NCBI GenBank assembly: GCA_047495785.1
Contig: JBLDXI010000020.1
Span: 248,001-312,000 of the forward strand
Reading direction: 5' to 3'
DNA from: Lepidodermella squamata
Lineage: Eukaryota; Animalia; Gastrotricha
DNA length: 64,000 nucleotides
The position numbers and the translations under genes were made by a program. The notes under the pieces are model-generated. The model saw nothing but the letters and a program-made list of their open reading frames with translations, did not search any database and had not been told where the DNA came from. Positions 34,511-47,472 of the stretch are shown here, one piece after another; within the stretch, counting starts at the first letter, position 1; each line of letters starts with the position of its first letter.

Positions 34511-37500
34511 ATGGTAAATCGCGTCGAAGATGGTTTCGAAGGTTTGAGCTTTCATTCTGTATCTGTAATATTTATTAGTCTTTGAAGCAGAAGTTATCAC
34601 AAATTATTTGCTATCCAAACAACGAACAGATCTTGAAGATCTTCTTGGGAATGGCGGGGGCGCTTTGTTTTTAAGGTATGTTGTATGTTGATTAGCCTTC
34701 GATAATGTGAATCCATTTCTTAGCTCAAAAAAGTATGATTCGCTCGAAAGTATGAATCACAGGTTTTATCGTGCTGACTTTATAGTTGAGGAATTGATCA
34801 AAAGATGTTTATATTTCATTTAAGTATTCCTGAAATTATAAAGAGCCAGATTCGATCATATAGAATCGCCGCTCACACGCACCCGGAACTGCAGCTGAGG
34901 AACAGTATTGTATGGAGGAAAACAAAAATGACATAATATTGTATACAAATTTGCTACAAGATTGGGTAGTTGTTGTCGAAAATTATAGATATCTCGGGTG
35001 TTTAAATGGTTACACTATTCTTGTCTGGAATGCAAGAAACGTGCGAATATTTGATATAAATTGATTTTAATTGCTACGAACACAGCTTGGTGGACATGAC
35101 AGACTATGACTCTCGTATTTTCGAAGCCTTCGTTGCTGATGGGCGTCTTTTCATGAAGCTGCTACAAAGGGCAGTCGATTCAATCGTAGCAAATTCATTC
35201 TCAGAATCTAACAGTTCAACGGTTTGTAACTTGATTATTTATTCCTGGTTTAATTTTGGTGATTTTCAAGAGATGTCGGATAACTTGTAAGGTGAATGAA
35301 TTGCCCTCGTGTCCCGAAATCAGTTTTACCAAGGCTCCGAGATCTCGTGATGTCGGCAAATTAATACAATTCACTGGCATCGTCGTTGGAATGACTCAAG
35401 CGAGTGTCATTAACTTTCAGCGATCATTTTCTTGCAACAAATGCAAGATGGTATTCACGCAGGAGGTGGACGTTTTAGACAAATCATTTTCATGCAAGCC
35501 TTCTCATTGCCCAAGCGTCGAACCATGCCCTGGCCGGGCATTCACGGAACGCAAAAGCGAAGGTAAGCACCACCTATCATTACTATTGGTCGATCAGGCT
35601 TGGGTTTTTCAGAAGTCGATGTGACTAAACAGCGGTTACGCAACTTTCAAGAGTTAATCGTGCAAGAATTAGCTGCTGGCGATGCTCATCTTGGAAGTGC
35701 TGGCGAAGCATCGCGTTCCATGCCCGGATCAGTCACTGTGCTTTTACTCGATTCCCTGATCGATTCATGTAAACCTGGTGACTGGGTTTCAGTGATGTAA
35801 GTTGACAAGTTTCGAGGCGGTAATTGATCGTTAACGTTTTCAGAGGCTTAGTAGAAAACAGATGGAAGTCGTTGAGTCACATTTCTCCTTTGAGCGAGAC
35901 GGAAACAGTAATGCTCGCTAGGTAAGATAAACAATTGTACTACATCGCAATTCCTCTAATTTAAATTGAAGCTCTATCACCGTGTTGAGCTCATCTGTTG
36001 AACAGCAACTGCCTATGGATCTCGAGGCTGAAGACGACGAGTTCAGGTTCTTTTGGGCCCTCGGAACTGACAGACAGTTGGCGACTCGTGATCAAATTGT
36101 GGCTAGCATTTGCCCGCGCCTTTACGGTCTTTATCCACTCAAGCTAGCAATCGCGCTGATGTTATTGAGTGGAAGCTCCGCAGTAGGCAAACTTTGTTTT
36201 TAAGTTGCTCTTTTTATGGGAATTATTTCAGCCAAACACAGCGTCTAAGGCGGTTACCAAAAGATCTGAGATTCATGTGCTTCTCGTGGGAGACCCTGGA
36301 ACAGGCAAATCTCAACTTCTAGGCTTCGCTAAAAAGCTGGCACGCCGTTCAGTTCTGACAACCGGTGTGGGAACTTCAGCAGCTGGTCTCACTGTTGCCG
36401 CTGTTCAAACAGCAACAGGGTGGAGCTTAGAACCTGGCGCTCTGCTATTGGCTGATCGAGGCTTGTGTTGCATTGATGAATTCTCTCGGATGCGAGCCCA
36501 CGACAAAACTGTGGTTCATGAAGCACTCGAGCAGCAAACTGTATCAGTTGCAAAAGCTGGAATTGTTTGCCGACTGCCATGCAGGACAGCTGTACTAGCC
36601 GCGACCAATGCCAGAGGAAATTATGACTTGGATATGCCTCTCACCGTGAATACTTCTCTAAGTGCGCCATTGCTCAGCCGGTTTGATCTCATATTCATTC
36701 TTCGTGATTCCAAAAACCGAGACTGGGATAGTCAAGTTGCCGATCACATTCTTACTTTTGGTGCTTGTAAGTTGAGCCAAAACTTTCTTGAAAATTGTCT
36801 TGAAAATTATTTCTTATTTCGATCAGTGGAATTGGACGAATCGGATTCATCTGTTTGGCCTGCTCCCAGGCTCAGGTCGTATCTTACTTATTGCTCTCGG
36901 ACAACGCCTAAATTATCTCAGGCAGCTAGCAGGCTGTTGACAGCTTACTATGTGCACCGGCGGAACGAAAACAATGACATCGATGCTGAGGGACGTACAA
37001 CGACCCGCCTGTTGGACAGGTTACTAATCATCACCTTACGTCCTTCGTTAATTTTTTTCTGCCCATTGCTCCAGCTTGGCGCGACTCACTCAAGCGCACG
37101 CGAAACTGATGTGCCGATGTGGGGATGCAAATTTAGTCGATGCTATACAATCCGTGATATTGATGGAAATTAGTAGAATGTCGTCGACTAGATCATCACC
37201 GAACGGAGAAATTTTCGATTTCAAAATTGAAAATGCAGCGCTTCTGGCTTTTCCTGAAGATCCGGACCAGTTTTTGATTGAGAGAGGTAGGATGAGCAAC
37301 AATTGCAGTTTCCATCGTCATCACTGTTTTTAAGGTCTTGAACTTCTCACTGCACTTGATTTGGACGATTTGGTTGATCAGTTTTATCGTGAAAGCTCTA
37401 GCGGCGACAATTCTCGGAAAATGACCGACTTGAATTGCCCGAATGATCAACCTGATCCGATTCAAGATGACATAGTGTTTCAACATGGAGAACATGCATC

Positions 37501-37933
37501 TCAAGTTCGTGATGCACAATTGTCTAAAAATAACCCCGGGAGCCCTGATTTCAATGACCTTGACGGCTTTCCTGCGCCGTCCTTTCAGAACGCTCGAACT
37601 TCAAGCCAATCCAATGTCCAGCATTGTCCATCTAGTTCGACGAATGAACCAAAATTGCACTCGGTTCCGGTTTCAGGAGCTCCGGGGCGTAAAAAGTTTG
37701 TTTTCACCTCTTCGCAATCAATAGTGAATAGCGGGGCGTCGCAATCTTCTCAAGCCATCTCATCAGCAAATAACCCTGTTCGGAAGAGGACGCATCAAGA
37801 TCAGCCGCTCTCCCAACTTCCTCAGCAGCCTGAAAACCGCCCATCTCAAGCCGCTTCGACTAATGGATCAAACCCCTGTGATAACTCTTCAAAGGCAAAC
37901 AAACTATCAAAATTTGCGTTTGAAAAAAATTGA
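34511..37933 (+). CDS. MCM9: DNA helicase MCM9, 11 exons
   Basis: Zn motif CNKC...C....C; SICPRLYGLYPLKLAIALML; HVLLVGDPGTGKSQLL (Walker A); RSVLTTGVGTSAAGLTV; LADRGLCCIDEF (Walker B); LLSRFDL; RTTTRLLDSLARLTQAHAKLM; disordered tail ending LSKFAF. Ten GT-AG introns traced from ATG 34511. Confidence 0.93.
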
Positions 37934-38612
37934 TATGGAAATGATGAATAGTTGATGCATCGGCTGAATCGCCTCGATAGATGCTTAGATAGAATAATAA
38001 AATATGGACTTATGGATATCTTGCAGTTGAATTTATTTACGGTTATTCACAGTTGTCTACTCCATTTCCCATTCGCGTTTGAATAAACTTAATTGGAAAT
38101 GTCGATCATGCATTGGTATGAATTTTTACATGATCATACTGAGGAATAAACTCCTTTAGCCGATAGCCCTAATTGCGTCACCTATTTGCCTGCTCTTGGC
38201 TCTTATCGATCGCCTCTTAGAAGTGCGAAACCTCTAGCAACCTTCAGAAACTACCAACTTCAGTTACCGTGGCATACGTTATGCTGCTTCAGCTTGAGTT
38301 TTGTCAGAGCTGGTTTCTCTGATAACTTCCAGCTAAAATGTCCAGTGGCCTTGCAAGCAAACACTGATAGCCCCCACTCTAATATGACGTTTGCTAATTA
38401 GACGGGAAGCTGATTGAGCTGAATGATGCTGTGCAATACTCGTTTGACAACGTTATGGTTTTACGGAACCTTTAGAGACGTAAAGCTAAACACCGACATT
38501 TTCAATTTGCCAGTTTCTTGAGATCTCTAGTTTGCCATTTGTATTATATTGTATTATATTGTTTACCTATTTGCAAATTTCATCATTGAATTCAGCAAAT
38601 TAAAAATGAAGC

Positions 38613-39389
38613 ACCCCGTACAGAAAAAATAAGCTGGAATGCAACAACGTAACATGGAAAGTAGCGATGTGCCACCAACGCAACATGGCAAACCATTTTC
38701 CATGTTATTTTGTCGTCCTGACAAGTGGATTTAACAGGTTACGCCTAAACATGGCAAGATTTTACAAGCGTTAACATGTTGAAATTTTACCTTGGAAATT
38801 TTTTAACGTGGCATTTTTGCGTCCTAACATGGAATGAATGAGAGGGGGGCTGACATGGAGAGAAGCTGACATAAAACTGAAAAATTGAACTTGGACATTT
38901 TGCGAAGAAAATTGTCAAAGTTAACCATGGGTTCACCCGACTAGTGAAGGGTTTTACCCGTCTAATTATTTCAATTTTTTATTCAATTGCAAATTGCAAC
39001 TAATTTTTTCTTCACTTTTGTTCAGCTGACCTGCGTGTGAGACAATATTGCTTGTTATGGTATGTTTTTGATCAGTCTCTATTCGGTGCAATCAGCCTAT
39101 TAAGTGCACTTCAAGTAGCAGTTGCGCACTCCGAAGTATCAAGAGTGGTAAGAGAGGCTGGGTGTGTTGTGTGGGCTTGCGTCAGCGAGACTGGGCTGGC
39201 CGAGGTTCGAATCCCGCAGCCGGCGGTCGTGTTTTTCTTTTTTTCTTATTTTCACTTCCATGTCAGGACGACTTTTCAACATGTAACTTATCTCCATGGA
39301 AAGTAGCAATACTCCAAGGTAAGGATTGACATGTTAAAACGCAACATGGCAAAATGTCGTCCTAGCACCTTATTTTTTCTGTACGGGGT
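38613..39389. mobile_element. ~777-bp non-autonomous TIR element with AACATGG subterminal repeats
   Basis: 21-bp inverted repeats ACCCCGTACAGAAAAAATAAG / CTTATTTTTTCTGTACGGGGT. Many (A/G)ACATG(G/T) motifs and TGTCGTCCT motifs cluster near both ends. No clear TSD; superfamily not assigned. Confidence 0.85.
39137..39243 (+). other. tRNA-derived Pol III type-2 promoter cassette inside the TIR element (not a canonical tRNA)
   Basis: Perfect B box GGTTCGAATCC at 39204-39214; degenerate A box TATCAAGAGTGG(TA) at 39137-39150; oligo-T terminator runs from 39232. I could not fold a cloverleaf. Confidence 0.6.
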
Positions 39390-40099
39390 ATTCAAACACC
39401 ATATATCGCTGCGTCTTCGTGGGTCCATTAGTTGACCGTGGGACCGTGGATACTCTGTGTGAGTTAGCTCATTTCATTTCATTTCATAGCTTCTGCTTCA
39501 CCTGGTCTAACCCAGGTTGCCAACCAAATTGAGATATTTAATGCCAATTTTCTTTACTTGAGCTTCATCAAGGGTCATAGTCAAGGGTCTATAAATAACA
39601 GCAACACCCCGCATGATGATATTAGTTAGATGATATCAGATGATGTTAGTTTTCTTATTTCATTCCGCAACTTTTTATGGCGAAATTACCTTGGACATTC
39701 AGAGCTTCAATCAATACACAAGTTCTTCAGATCCTCCCGTGATCGCAATCACGTTGTAACTTGTGTGCATTTTGGTTTGTAATTTTTGTAATTCAACTCT
39801 CGAATTCCTGAAAAGAAGTCTCAACAGAACTGCATCGTATGCTGAACCGCGTCAATGCCGTTAATAGTGGGAGCATCCTACAATAATATTCTACCGAAGC
39901 AGAATTACCTGAAGCTTCAATGGTTCAATCGAATTCGAAATTCGACATGATCAAATTACTTTCTCGGAGCTAAAACTACCTTTTGAGAGAGCCGCTTCTG
40001 AAAACAGCATTTACACTTATTAACCGCGATTATTTACAGACGGAGTAAGCTATTGTAACTGCGATGTCGTTGTTAAGATCATTGCTATTTGCTTCTGCA

Positions 40100-41650
40100 C
40101 TACTGATAGCAATACAGCGATTGTCATGGGAAACACCAAGTCTGCGCAGTTTCAGGTTTTTGCGCGACGCCAAGGCAGGAAGCGCCGAGCCAGACTGGCC
40201 AGCCTAAAACAGCTACTTGCGATAGACTGTAGAGCACGCGAAGTGCCGCGAAGTGCTGACTGCGCGAAACCATCCCATCATCAGCCGCATTCGCCGCAGA
40301 TCCATATATTCATGCGTCTATTAAGGCGGCTTGCATTAGTTATTACACGACAGTATAATTTCGATGAGATTTCGCATTGTATATCGCAGTAATAATAATC
40401 ATCATCGCTGTCGCCGCCGTCTGCGTATATGTCTGGCCCAGACGGCCTTAAAGCACTCGGGCGACGAGACATTGAGGACACTGCACCGGCGTGACCTCGA
40501 ATTTCGTTTGGGACGTGAATTGAACGTGACGACGCGTTTCTTGTTTTGTCAGAAGAATAAATTCATTATTTACCCGTCTGGCCGGCAGACGAATAACAAT
40601 AACAGTGTAAACTATGCATGTACTGGACATGTGGCCGGCCGGCCAGTGCTTTGCGGTCACTCGAGTGCATGTGTCCCCGCAGGATCGATGCGCGAGCGCG
40701 CGGCTTTATCGTTATATTACACGGCCATTACGTACGCGTACATTTATTGCGGCGAGCGAGCGCGCGCCGGGGAGCGCACGCTTGCTGAAATGCTCGCAGA
40801 CGGCGCGCACAATAGATTGGCAATAGATTTGTCAAAGCAGTCGTCGGGTGACCTCGCTGCGACGAGTTCACAGCCGGTCTGGCTCGTTGCCGATAGTAGT
40901 CGGCGGCGGCGACGACGGCGGCGGGAGAACGACCGGCCAGACAGACAGTACTGCCAAATATACGCGCTCGGCGCTCGAGGACACGAGCGCGCAGATCGAC
41001 GCCGTGCGTTTTTATGGCCCGGCCAGACGACGTAACACATAACTGCGCTATTACATGCACGCATGCGAGTACTGACTGACTGACGTGTCTGTGTGTGCAC
41101 AATGCGCCGTCGCGCCGCCGCCGATTGCCAAAAGTGTGCAGCAACGTCTTGTGGTCACCGCCGTCTCATCCCGTGCCTTCGGAGCCGCCGCGGCTAATCC
41201 AGTCGACCACTTGTTCTGCGCCGATAAAATTTCTTCTTTCCAACAACCTTGACTTTGACTCTGAAGTAACTAGCAGCTCACCGCGCACTGCTAATGTAGC
41301 GTGGCGCAACCGAACACCACTCACTACTTGCGGCAATCTAACTTATTATAACCCATCTTGATTTTTTCCTACATAGGCATTTACAGTTTACGCCAATTTA
41401 CTTATTACACCTTTTTAATCCTGATATTGCTATATGCTGTGGCCAGCTTTATAAGTGACGACCGAGCCAGCGTTTATATTTACGCTGCTTTAACTTATCG
41501 TCGCCGATTTTTTCCGTTGCCGTCTTGTTCACGCGATACCTTTTTGGGAGCGCGTATTACCAAGTGGCGCTGACGCAGCACTGGCTCTTTCTGTTTCCCG
41601 GCCGCCCATTCCCGGCGGCGACGCAGACAACAAATCAGATTCGGGTGCCA
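40100..41650. promoter_or_regulatory. GC/CpG-rich non-coding region upstream of FoxN (candidate promoter/enhancer and 5' UTR exons)
   Basis: Dense CGCG/CGGCG runs against AT-rich flanks; overlapping ORFs here have no recognisable protein; acceptors at 41690 and 41727 precede the FoxN CDS. Confidence 0.5.
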
Positions 41651-41798
41651 GCTGTCTCGACGACGTAAACTTACTTGCTTTTTTGCTTAGGTGAACCTTT
41701 TTCTAGCGATTTTCCCGATATTATAGTTGACCGACGTCGTAGTTCAGCCGCTCACCAACTCGCCGCCGTCGTTTTTTGGCTCTAGTAATAGCGCCAAA

Positions 41799-44700
41799 AT
41801 GATCGGAGGGTCGTTTGTTACCAACGGTGGCAATGCTATGCTGCAGCAACAGCAGCAACAACAGCAGCAACAGTTCGGCCGAACTCCGGTCATGATGCAG
41901 CAGCAGCAGCAGCAACAGGGCCCGAAACCTCAGCAGCAAGCGCAACAGCAGCAATCGCTGCTCGGGCGAAGCTTGTCGTCGCCGAACGGGCAAATGGCGC
42001 CGCCGAACAACACGGCGGGCAACCGGGTCATGTACAGCCCGTCGCCTTCGCCGTCTACAAATTCGTATCAGTTACTTTCGGGCCAACAAATTAGGCCTTT
42101 TTCGCCACCTCTCATCCTAAGCCCCGTGCCTAATAATGCTCAACAACAACAGCAGCAACAGCAGCAGCAGCAACAACAACAGCAACAGCAACAGCAGTTT
42201 GCCAACCAGGTAAATCGACAGCAGCAGCAGCCATCGCAACAACAGCCTCAGTTCATGGTGAAGAAGGAGATCGAAAGACCGGAAAGCCGGGATAGCCCCT
42301 TCGGAAATATGCAACAGCAACAGCATCAACGGCAACAGGCATTCCAAAACCAGTTTGCCATGCAACAACAGCAGCAACAACAGCAACAGCAACAGCAACA
42401 ACAGCGGGCTGGGATGAACGCCATGTCGCCGGAGCCCTCGTATCAACCGACTTATGCGACATTATCGCCAGCCGTTAACGGCCAACAGCAACAGGGCGAT
42501 TTTTTGGTGATGAGAGGTGGCCAAGGTCAAAACCAGCCTGGTATGTTCGCGATGTCCCCACAGCCCGGCGGGCCAGTTTTTATGCTATCCTCGTCGCCGG
42601 AGAACCAGCAGTCGGGTGCGAACATGACGCTGGCGCAGTTGCAGCAGCAACAGCAGCAACACGCCCAGCAACAAGCAATGGCGGCTCAGCAATTTCAGGC
42701 GCACCACCTCGCCGACCATGCGGCCTACTTGCGACACCCAGCCCAGGATCACCATGCGATGATGCACCACGCCGCTAACGGTGGGCCAATGATGGGTGGC
42801 GGTATGCCGCCGATGTTCGGCGGTGGCGGCGGGCCCGATGTCATGGGCGGCATGTCGCCGGGGCCGATGATGATGCACGGCGGTGGGGCTCATTCTTCGC
42901 ACCCGGCTACAGCGGCGGCACTTTTCGAAGACCGACTCAGTATAGGCGGCCTCTTAGGTCCCAACGTTGGGCTCGGCCTCGGCCGCATGGGACCCGGAGG
43001 GCCGTGTTCGTTCAACAAAGCGCCAATGCAGCCCGGCGTCGGCTTAGGCAGCGGCGACAAAATGTTCCCTAAACCAGCCTACTCTTATTCCTGCCTCATC
43101 GCCTTGGCTTTGAAGAACAGCAAGAATGGTAGCCTACCCGTCAGTGGCATTTACAACTTCATGATGTGAGTTTTACTATCATATCTTTGCGTTTTTTAGA
43201 TTAGTTATTAGCAACTAAGACCCCATTAACAAAGTCGGCGCCCGTGCTTTGTTGCGCGGAGATTTCACGTTACGATGAAAGCGCGATCTCTATTCTCGCC
43301 TGCCGAGCGCTAATCGACCGTGCAGTCCGCCTTTTGACCCCGTTATGACCCGCCTGTTCACCCACGAAACGAGGCGTTACAGCCTAGCCTCAATTTAGCC
43401 TCATTTTAGCGTATTACCTCGATGCATTTCCTTGAGGTCATTTATGAAGACTCCATACTTTGAAGTTATCTGAAAGACTTGGGTGAAAAATGAACGAAAA
43501 ATTGTTACATTTTGTTAAACTTCATACTTCAGCTAACTGTATGAAAACTCGAAGGTGGAATGGGTAGATAAATGAAAACCCGTAATGATACCATTTTGAT
43601 CATTTATTCAAAAAGATGAACGCTTGAAGTTAATCTGGTGTATTTTCATTTTAGTGAACACTTCCCCTACTTCCGCTCGGCGCCCGATGGCTGGAAGAAC
43701 TCAGTGCGGCACAACTTATCGCTAAACAAGTGTTTTGAAAAAATCGACAATCCTAACAAGCCGAATTCGGGCAGTAAAAAAGGCTGCTTATGGACACTAA
43801 ATCCGGCCAAAGCGACGAAAATGGACGAGGAAATCGCGAAATGTCGAAAGCGCGATCCTTTGGCAATCAAGCGCAGCATGGCAACTCCCGATTGCCTGTT
43901 GGCTCTTGAGCGCGGCTCGTTGAAGATAGACAGCAATGGACGCAGTGCGGCGCATATCGCGGCGCAGCAACAAGCGGCGGCAGCGGCTGCGGCTGTTCAT
44001 GCCGGAGGTCAACGGGTGCAGCATGGCGGACAGCCTACGCCGCCCGAAGACTCGCGCGACGACGATGATGACGGTGAAGATGACGACTGCGACGACGTCG
44101 CATGCTCGCCCGACAACAACAGCAACGGCGCCAGCAACAACAGCGTCGGGCTTCGAGGCGCCCATACACCCGGGTCCGGCACGGACTCTGATCTGGGCGC
44201 GGGTGGGCGCAACGGCGGCGGCACCTATTCGTCCACGGATGGCCTATCGCCGAGCCTCGAGCCGAACATGATTGCTGACATCAACTTCGAGGTAGACGTT
44301 ACACGCGGCCGAGCGCCGTTTGATAGAACACGCACTTAATTTACGATACGTTGTTTTTTTGTTTAAGGCGCCGATCATGGACGCATGCGACTTCTACGGC
44401 GACGACTTCCAGTCGTTCCTGCGCGACCCCACTGCGCCTCCCGGTCTCGTCGGTCTATCCTCATCAAGTTCGCAGGGAATGGGCGGCCGGCATCACCTAG
44501 GTATGCTCGGGCATCACGGCGGTTCGCTGCACCATCTCGGACACATGCACGACCCTACCGGCGCTCTTGGGCTCGGACCCATGTCGACATCAACGGGAAT
44601 TTCGTCATCGTCACCGCTGTCTTCAACGGCGTCACCGGCGGGCCCGCGCTCATCTGGACTTCTCGACTTGATGCCATCGTCGGTGCACCTTCACCAGCAA

Positions 44701-45141
44701 CAGCATCACCATCAATTGTCGCCTTTGAACTGCAATCTGTCTCGGGGCAGCTCGGGCTCGGATCCACTCGGACACCTCGTTCTACCTCATCATCGGATAG
44801 GCTCGGTCGGCTCGCAGTCGGACAACTACGAGTCGCCAGGCCCTGGCCACGGCATCTCAACCAGCAGCGGAATCTGTTCGACGTCTTCACCACATTCGGA
44901 CGTCGGATCGTCGCTGTCACCCTCGGCATCGCCCCCTCCCGCGAAAATGCTGGCCTACTCGGGCCGTATAAGCATTGTCACGAGTAACAACAACGGAAGC
45001 AATAATGGTGGCAATAACGGCAACGGGGGCGGCGTGAACGTTACGTCGAGTCAGGGGCCGGGTGACGGCTCATCGAATGGCCAGCAGCAGCGCACGGTGC
45101 TCACGGCGCATCTTGTCAAGAAGCAAGAGCCCGTGCTATGA
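41799..45141 (+). CDS. FOXN4: Forkhead transcription factor FoxN1/4 with polyQ N-terminus, at least 3 coding exons
   Basis: [31 protein letters not shown]|[31 protein letters not shown]...[31 protein letters not shown] is diagnostic of FoxN1/4. Introns 43166-43654 and 44292-44367. The first in-frame ATG is 41799; an upstream coding exon is possible. Confidence 0.95.
41842..42404 (+). repeat. Mixed CAG/CAA trinucleotide repeats encoding polyglutamine tracts in FoxN
   Basis: Runs of Q10, Q7, Q19 and Q14 in the translation, encoded by interrupted CAG/CAA codons. Confidence 0.92.
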
Positions 45142-47472
45142 TGAATCTGGCGGCTACTCGTTCGGTGTTCGACGGTGAATTGCAGGTTCGGTTCTATAAA
45201 GAAAATTATCTATACCTATATAGATTATATAAACATGAAATCACTTCGTAGAAAAGAATCTATCTATGTTATACTACCAGCTGTGTTGTGCATTGGTGTA
45301 AAAATAATGATGAATACTGATTCGCGTCTCGCATATGTACTTATTATTTATTAAATCTATTAATTCATTTATCTATGTAACAATCACGCGCAATACCAGT
45401 TGCGCGCCCTGACGTCTCTGCCGCCGTGCAGACATTGTGCCCGAAGAAATCGACGCCGATATCAAATATCGCCGTCTAATATCTTTGTAAATAGTATATA
45501 TTAGCATAAATACTTCAGATGTTTTATACTTTTTCTATAATTTTTGTTTCAATTGACAGCGGCTAATTATGTCTCATGAAGATGGACGGTAAAAATTATT
45601 CATCTTTTATCTGATTGCGCTCACTTTTTTATTTATTTTCGACTGAAAAAAACGAGGCATGAAATTGAACTCGTTGTAAACAATAATTGCAGCTGCTCAC
45701 CTCACTTCCGATATGTAAATGCTCAACGATGAGAGATGAACTGGCCGTCGTCGTGTTGTTATGTTGACGAGAAAAAATCAAAGTTTTATATCGCTCATTT
45801 ATTTGTAAATACTGCCGCGAACCTCAATATGACAGCTACCTCTCGACTATGTACCTCGACTGTTCCTTTCATGCGCTCACCTTTGTAAAAAAAACCCGAG
45901 AAACCAGGAAATTTGCTGCAATTTGAGGGGTACTTATGAATGCGGATAAAAATATCGTGGATTAAAATGGTTTTCATTTTTGCCTCGAAGTAATGGGCAG
46001 TCGGTTTGCAGATGAAACGTGCTCATTATTACCTCTCTTTTTACGGCACATCCTACGTAGCTCTGTAGCCACCATAAAAATAGCGACTATTGATGATGGG
46101 TGTCAATAATTTGTGATCATTCGTGGCCGTTTCTCGGTACGTCGGGCGTCATTTCTGTACGATTAATAACTACGTTATACTCATTATCACATCAGCGCTG
46201 AGACAATGCGGCTCACCTTAAAAGTGTGACTAATTCCTCCTCAATCTCATTGGTCTTATTGTTGTCGATGAAAAATAGAAATTTATTATATGACGAAATA
46301 GCCATATACACTATTAAAATCAATTTGGAAGCAACAACATTTTATTGAAAGATTATTAATAATTGAAGTCACTGCAAGGTTGCATGCCCTGCGTTCCAAT
46401 TTTTGTTTTCAAATTTCTTTCTCTTTCTTTACTGGAAATGTAAAGTTGATGCGACAATGATGAGCATTATTTCCTTTCTTATTTTATACGATGCGTCAAT
46501 CGGCAGTTTGGGTTATGGAAAGCGAGCGAACAATCGGGGTTACTGACAAAATATTACAACCGCTATTATCACTTATCGTAACGTTAGTAGCTAAGGACAG
46601 ATATCGTAAATTCTGCCTCCAATAACTTTATAATAGCGTTAGATAGTCCTCTCTTTAGTATGGTTCAGTCTATATGAAGGAATCAGATGCATAGGTGATA
46701 TTCCCGAACTTGGAATAAATCGAATGAAAGAAATTTGCTCAATACAAGTTGAGGAAATGCAATGTTAGTCCCAATCTCTAATCAAGAAAAATTTATTCGG
46801 CTGTAGCTCATTCGGTTCGTTCGCTCTCATCTATAAAATGTATTCATTTTTGTTGATGTGCTCTTTTTTATCTGCACCGTAAAAGTTTCCTCGTTCAAAT
46901 TCTAATTGAAAAATAAAAAGGAAATAATTGTGTAAACAATGTTTTTTGCTTTCGGAATTGTTTTTTGGCGATGAAAGGCCTCATGGAAGATTTCAAGTAT
47001 TTACTGCCAAAAATAGCCCAGTTTATCGAATCGTAACTAGACTGGTTATTCAATGAGCGATCAATATCTTGGCGAGTACCTGACTCTCCGTACTCTCAGC
47101 GTTCGAAGCAGTACGTATCTGTTTCATCAATCGAAGAATTCGTGATTGAAGAATAATTTCAGCCCATGATGTTGGTCAGTCCCGGCCGGAACGAGACGGG
47201 CTGCTAATTAGTGCCTTATAGGCTTTCGGGAAACGCCATGGAGAGGAATATATAGTTTGTCAGTATTTTTCCGCTAGCCGTGCTGTATTCAAAAATTGCA
47301 AGCCTGTCGTTCATTTTTATTTCAGATCATACGAAGTACAAAATCATTCTTTAAATAGTATTGTAAGGTACTTATCGCACGTTGATGTAGAACGTGTTAT
47401 TATCTCACATTAACGATGTTAGAAGGCAAGGCGACAAAAAGACATTTCGAACAACTATATACACCAACACCA

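Noticed and set aside
39120-39230. tRNA gene
   Set aside because: The B box is perfect but no acceptor or anticodon stems form and the A box is degenerate; treated as a tRNA-derived cassette.
40126-41573. Overlapping ORFs of 65-223 aa upstream of FoxN
   Set aside because: Arg/Ala-rich, no domain, open on both strands; expected by chance in GC-rich DNA.
39840-41630. GACGC (FoxN-type) motifs suggesting autoregulation
   Set aside because: A handful of 5-mer hits in CpG-rich sequence is close to chance expectation.
41721-42446. Antisense poly-Leu ORFs
   Set aside because: Reverse-complement shadow of the CAG/CAA polyQ codons.
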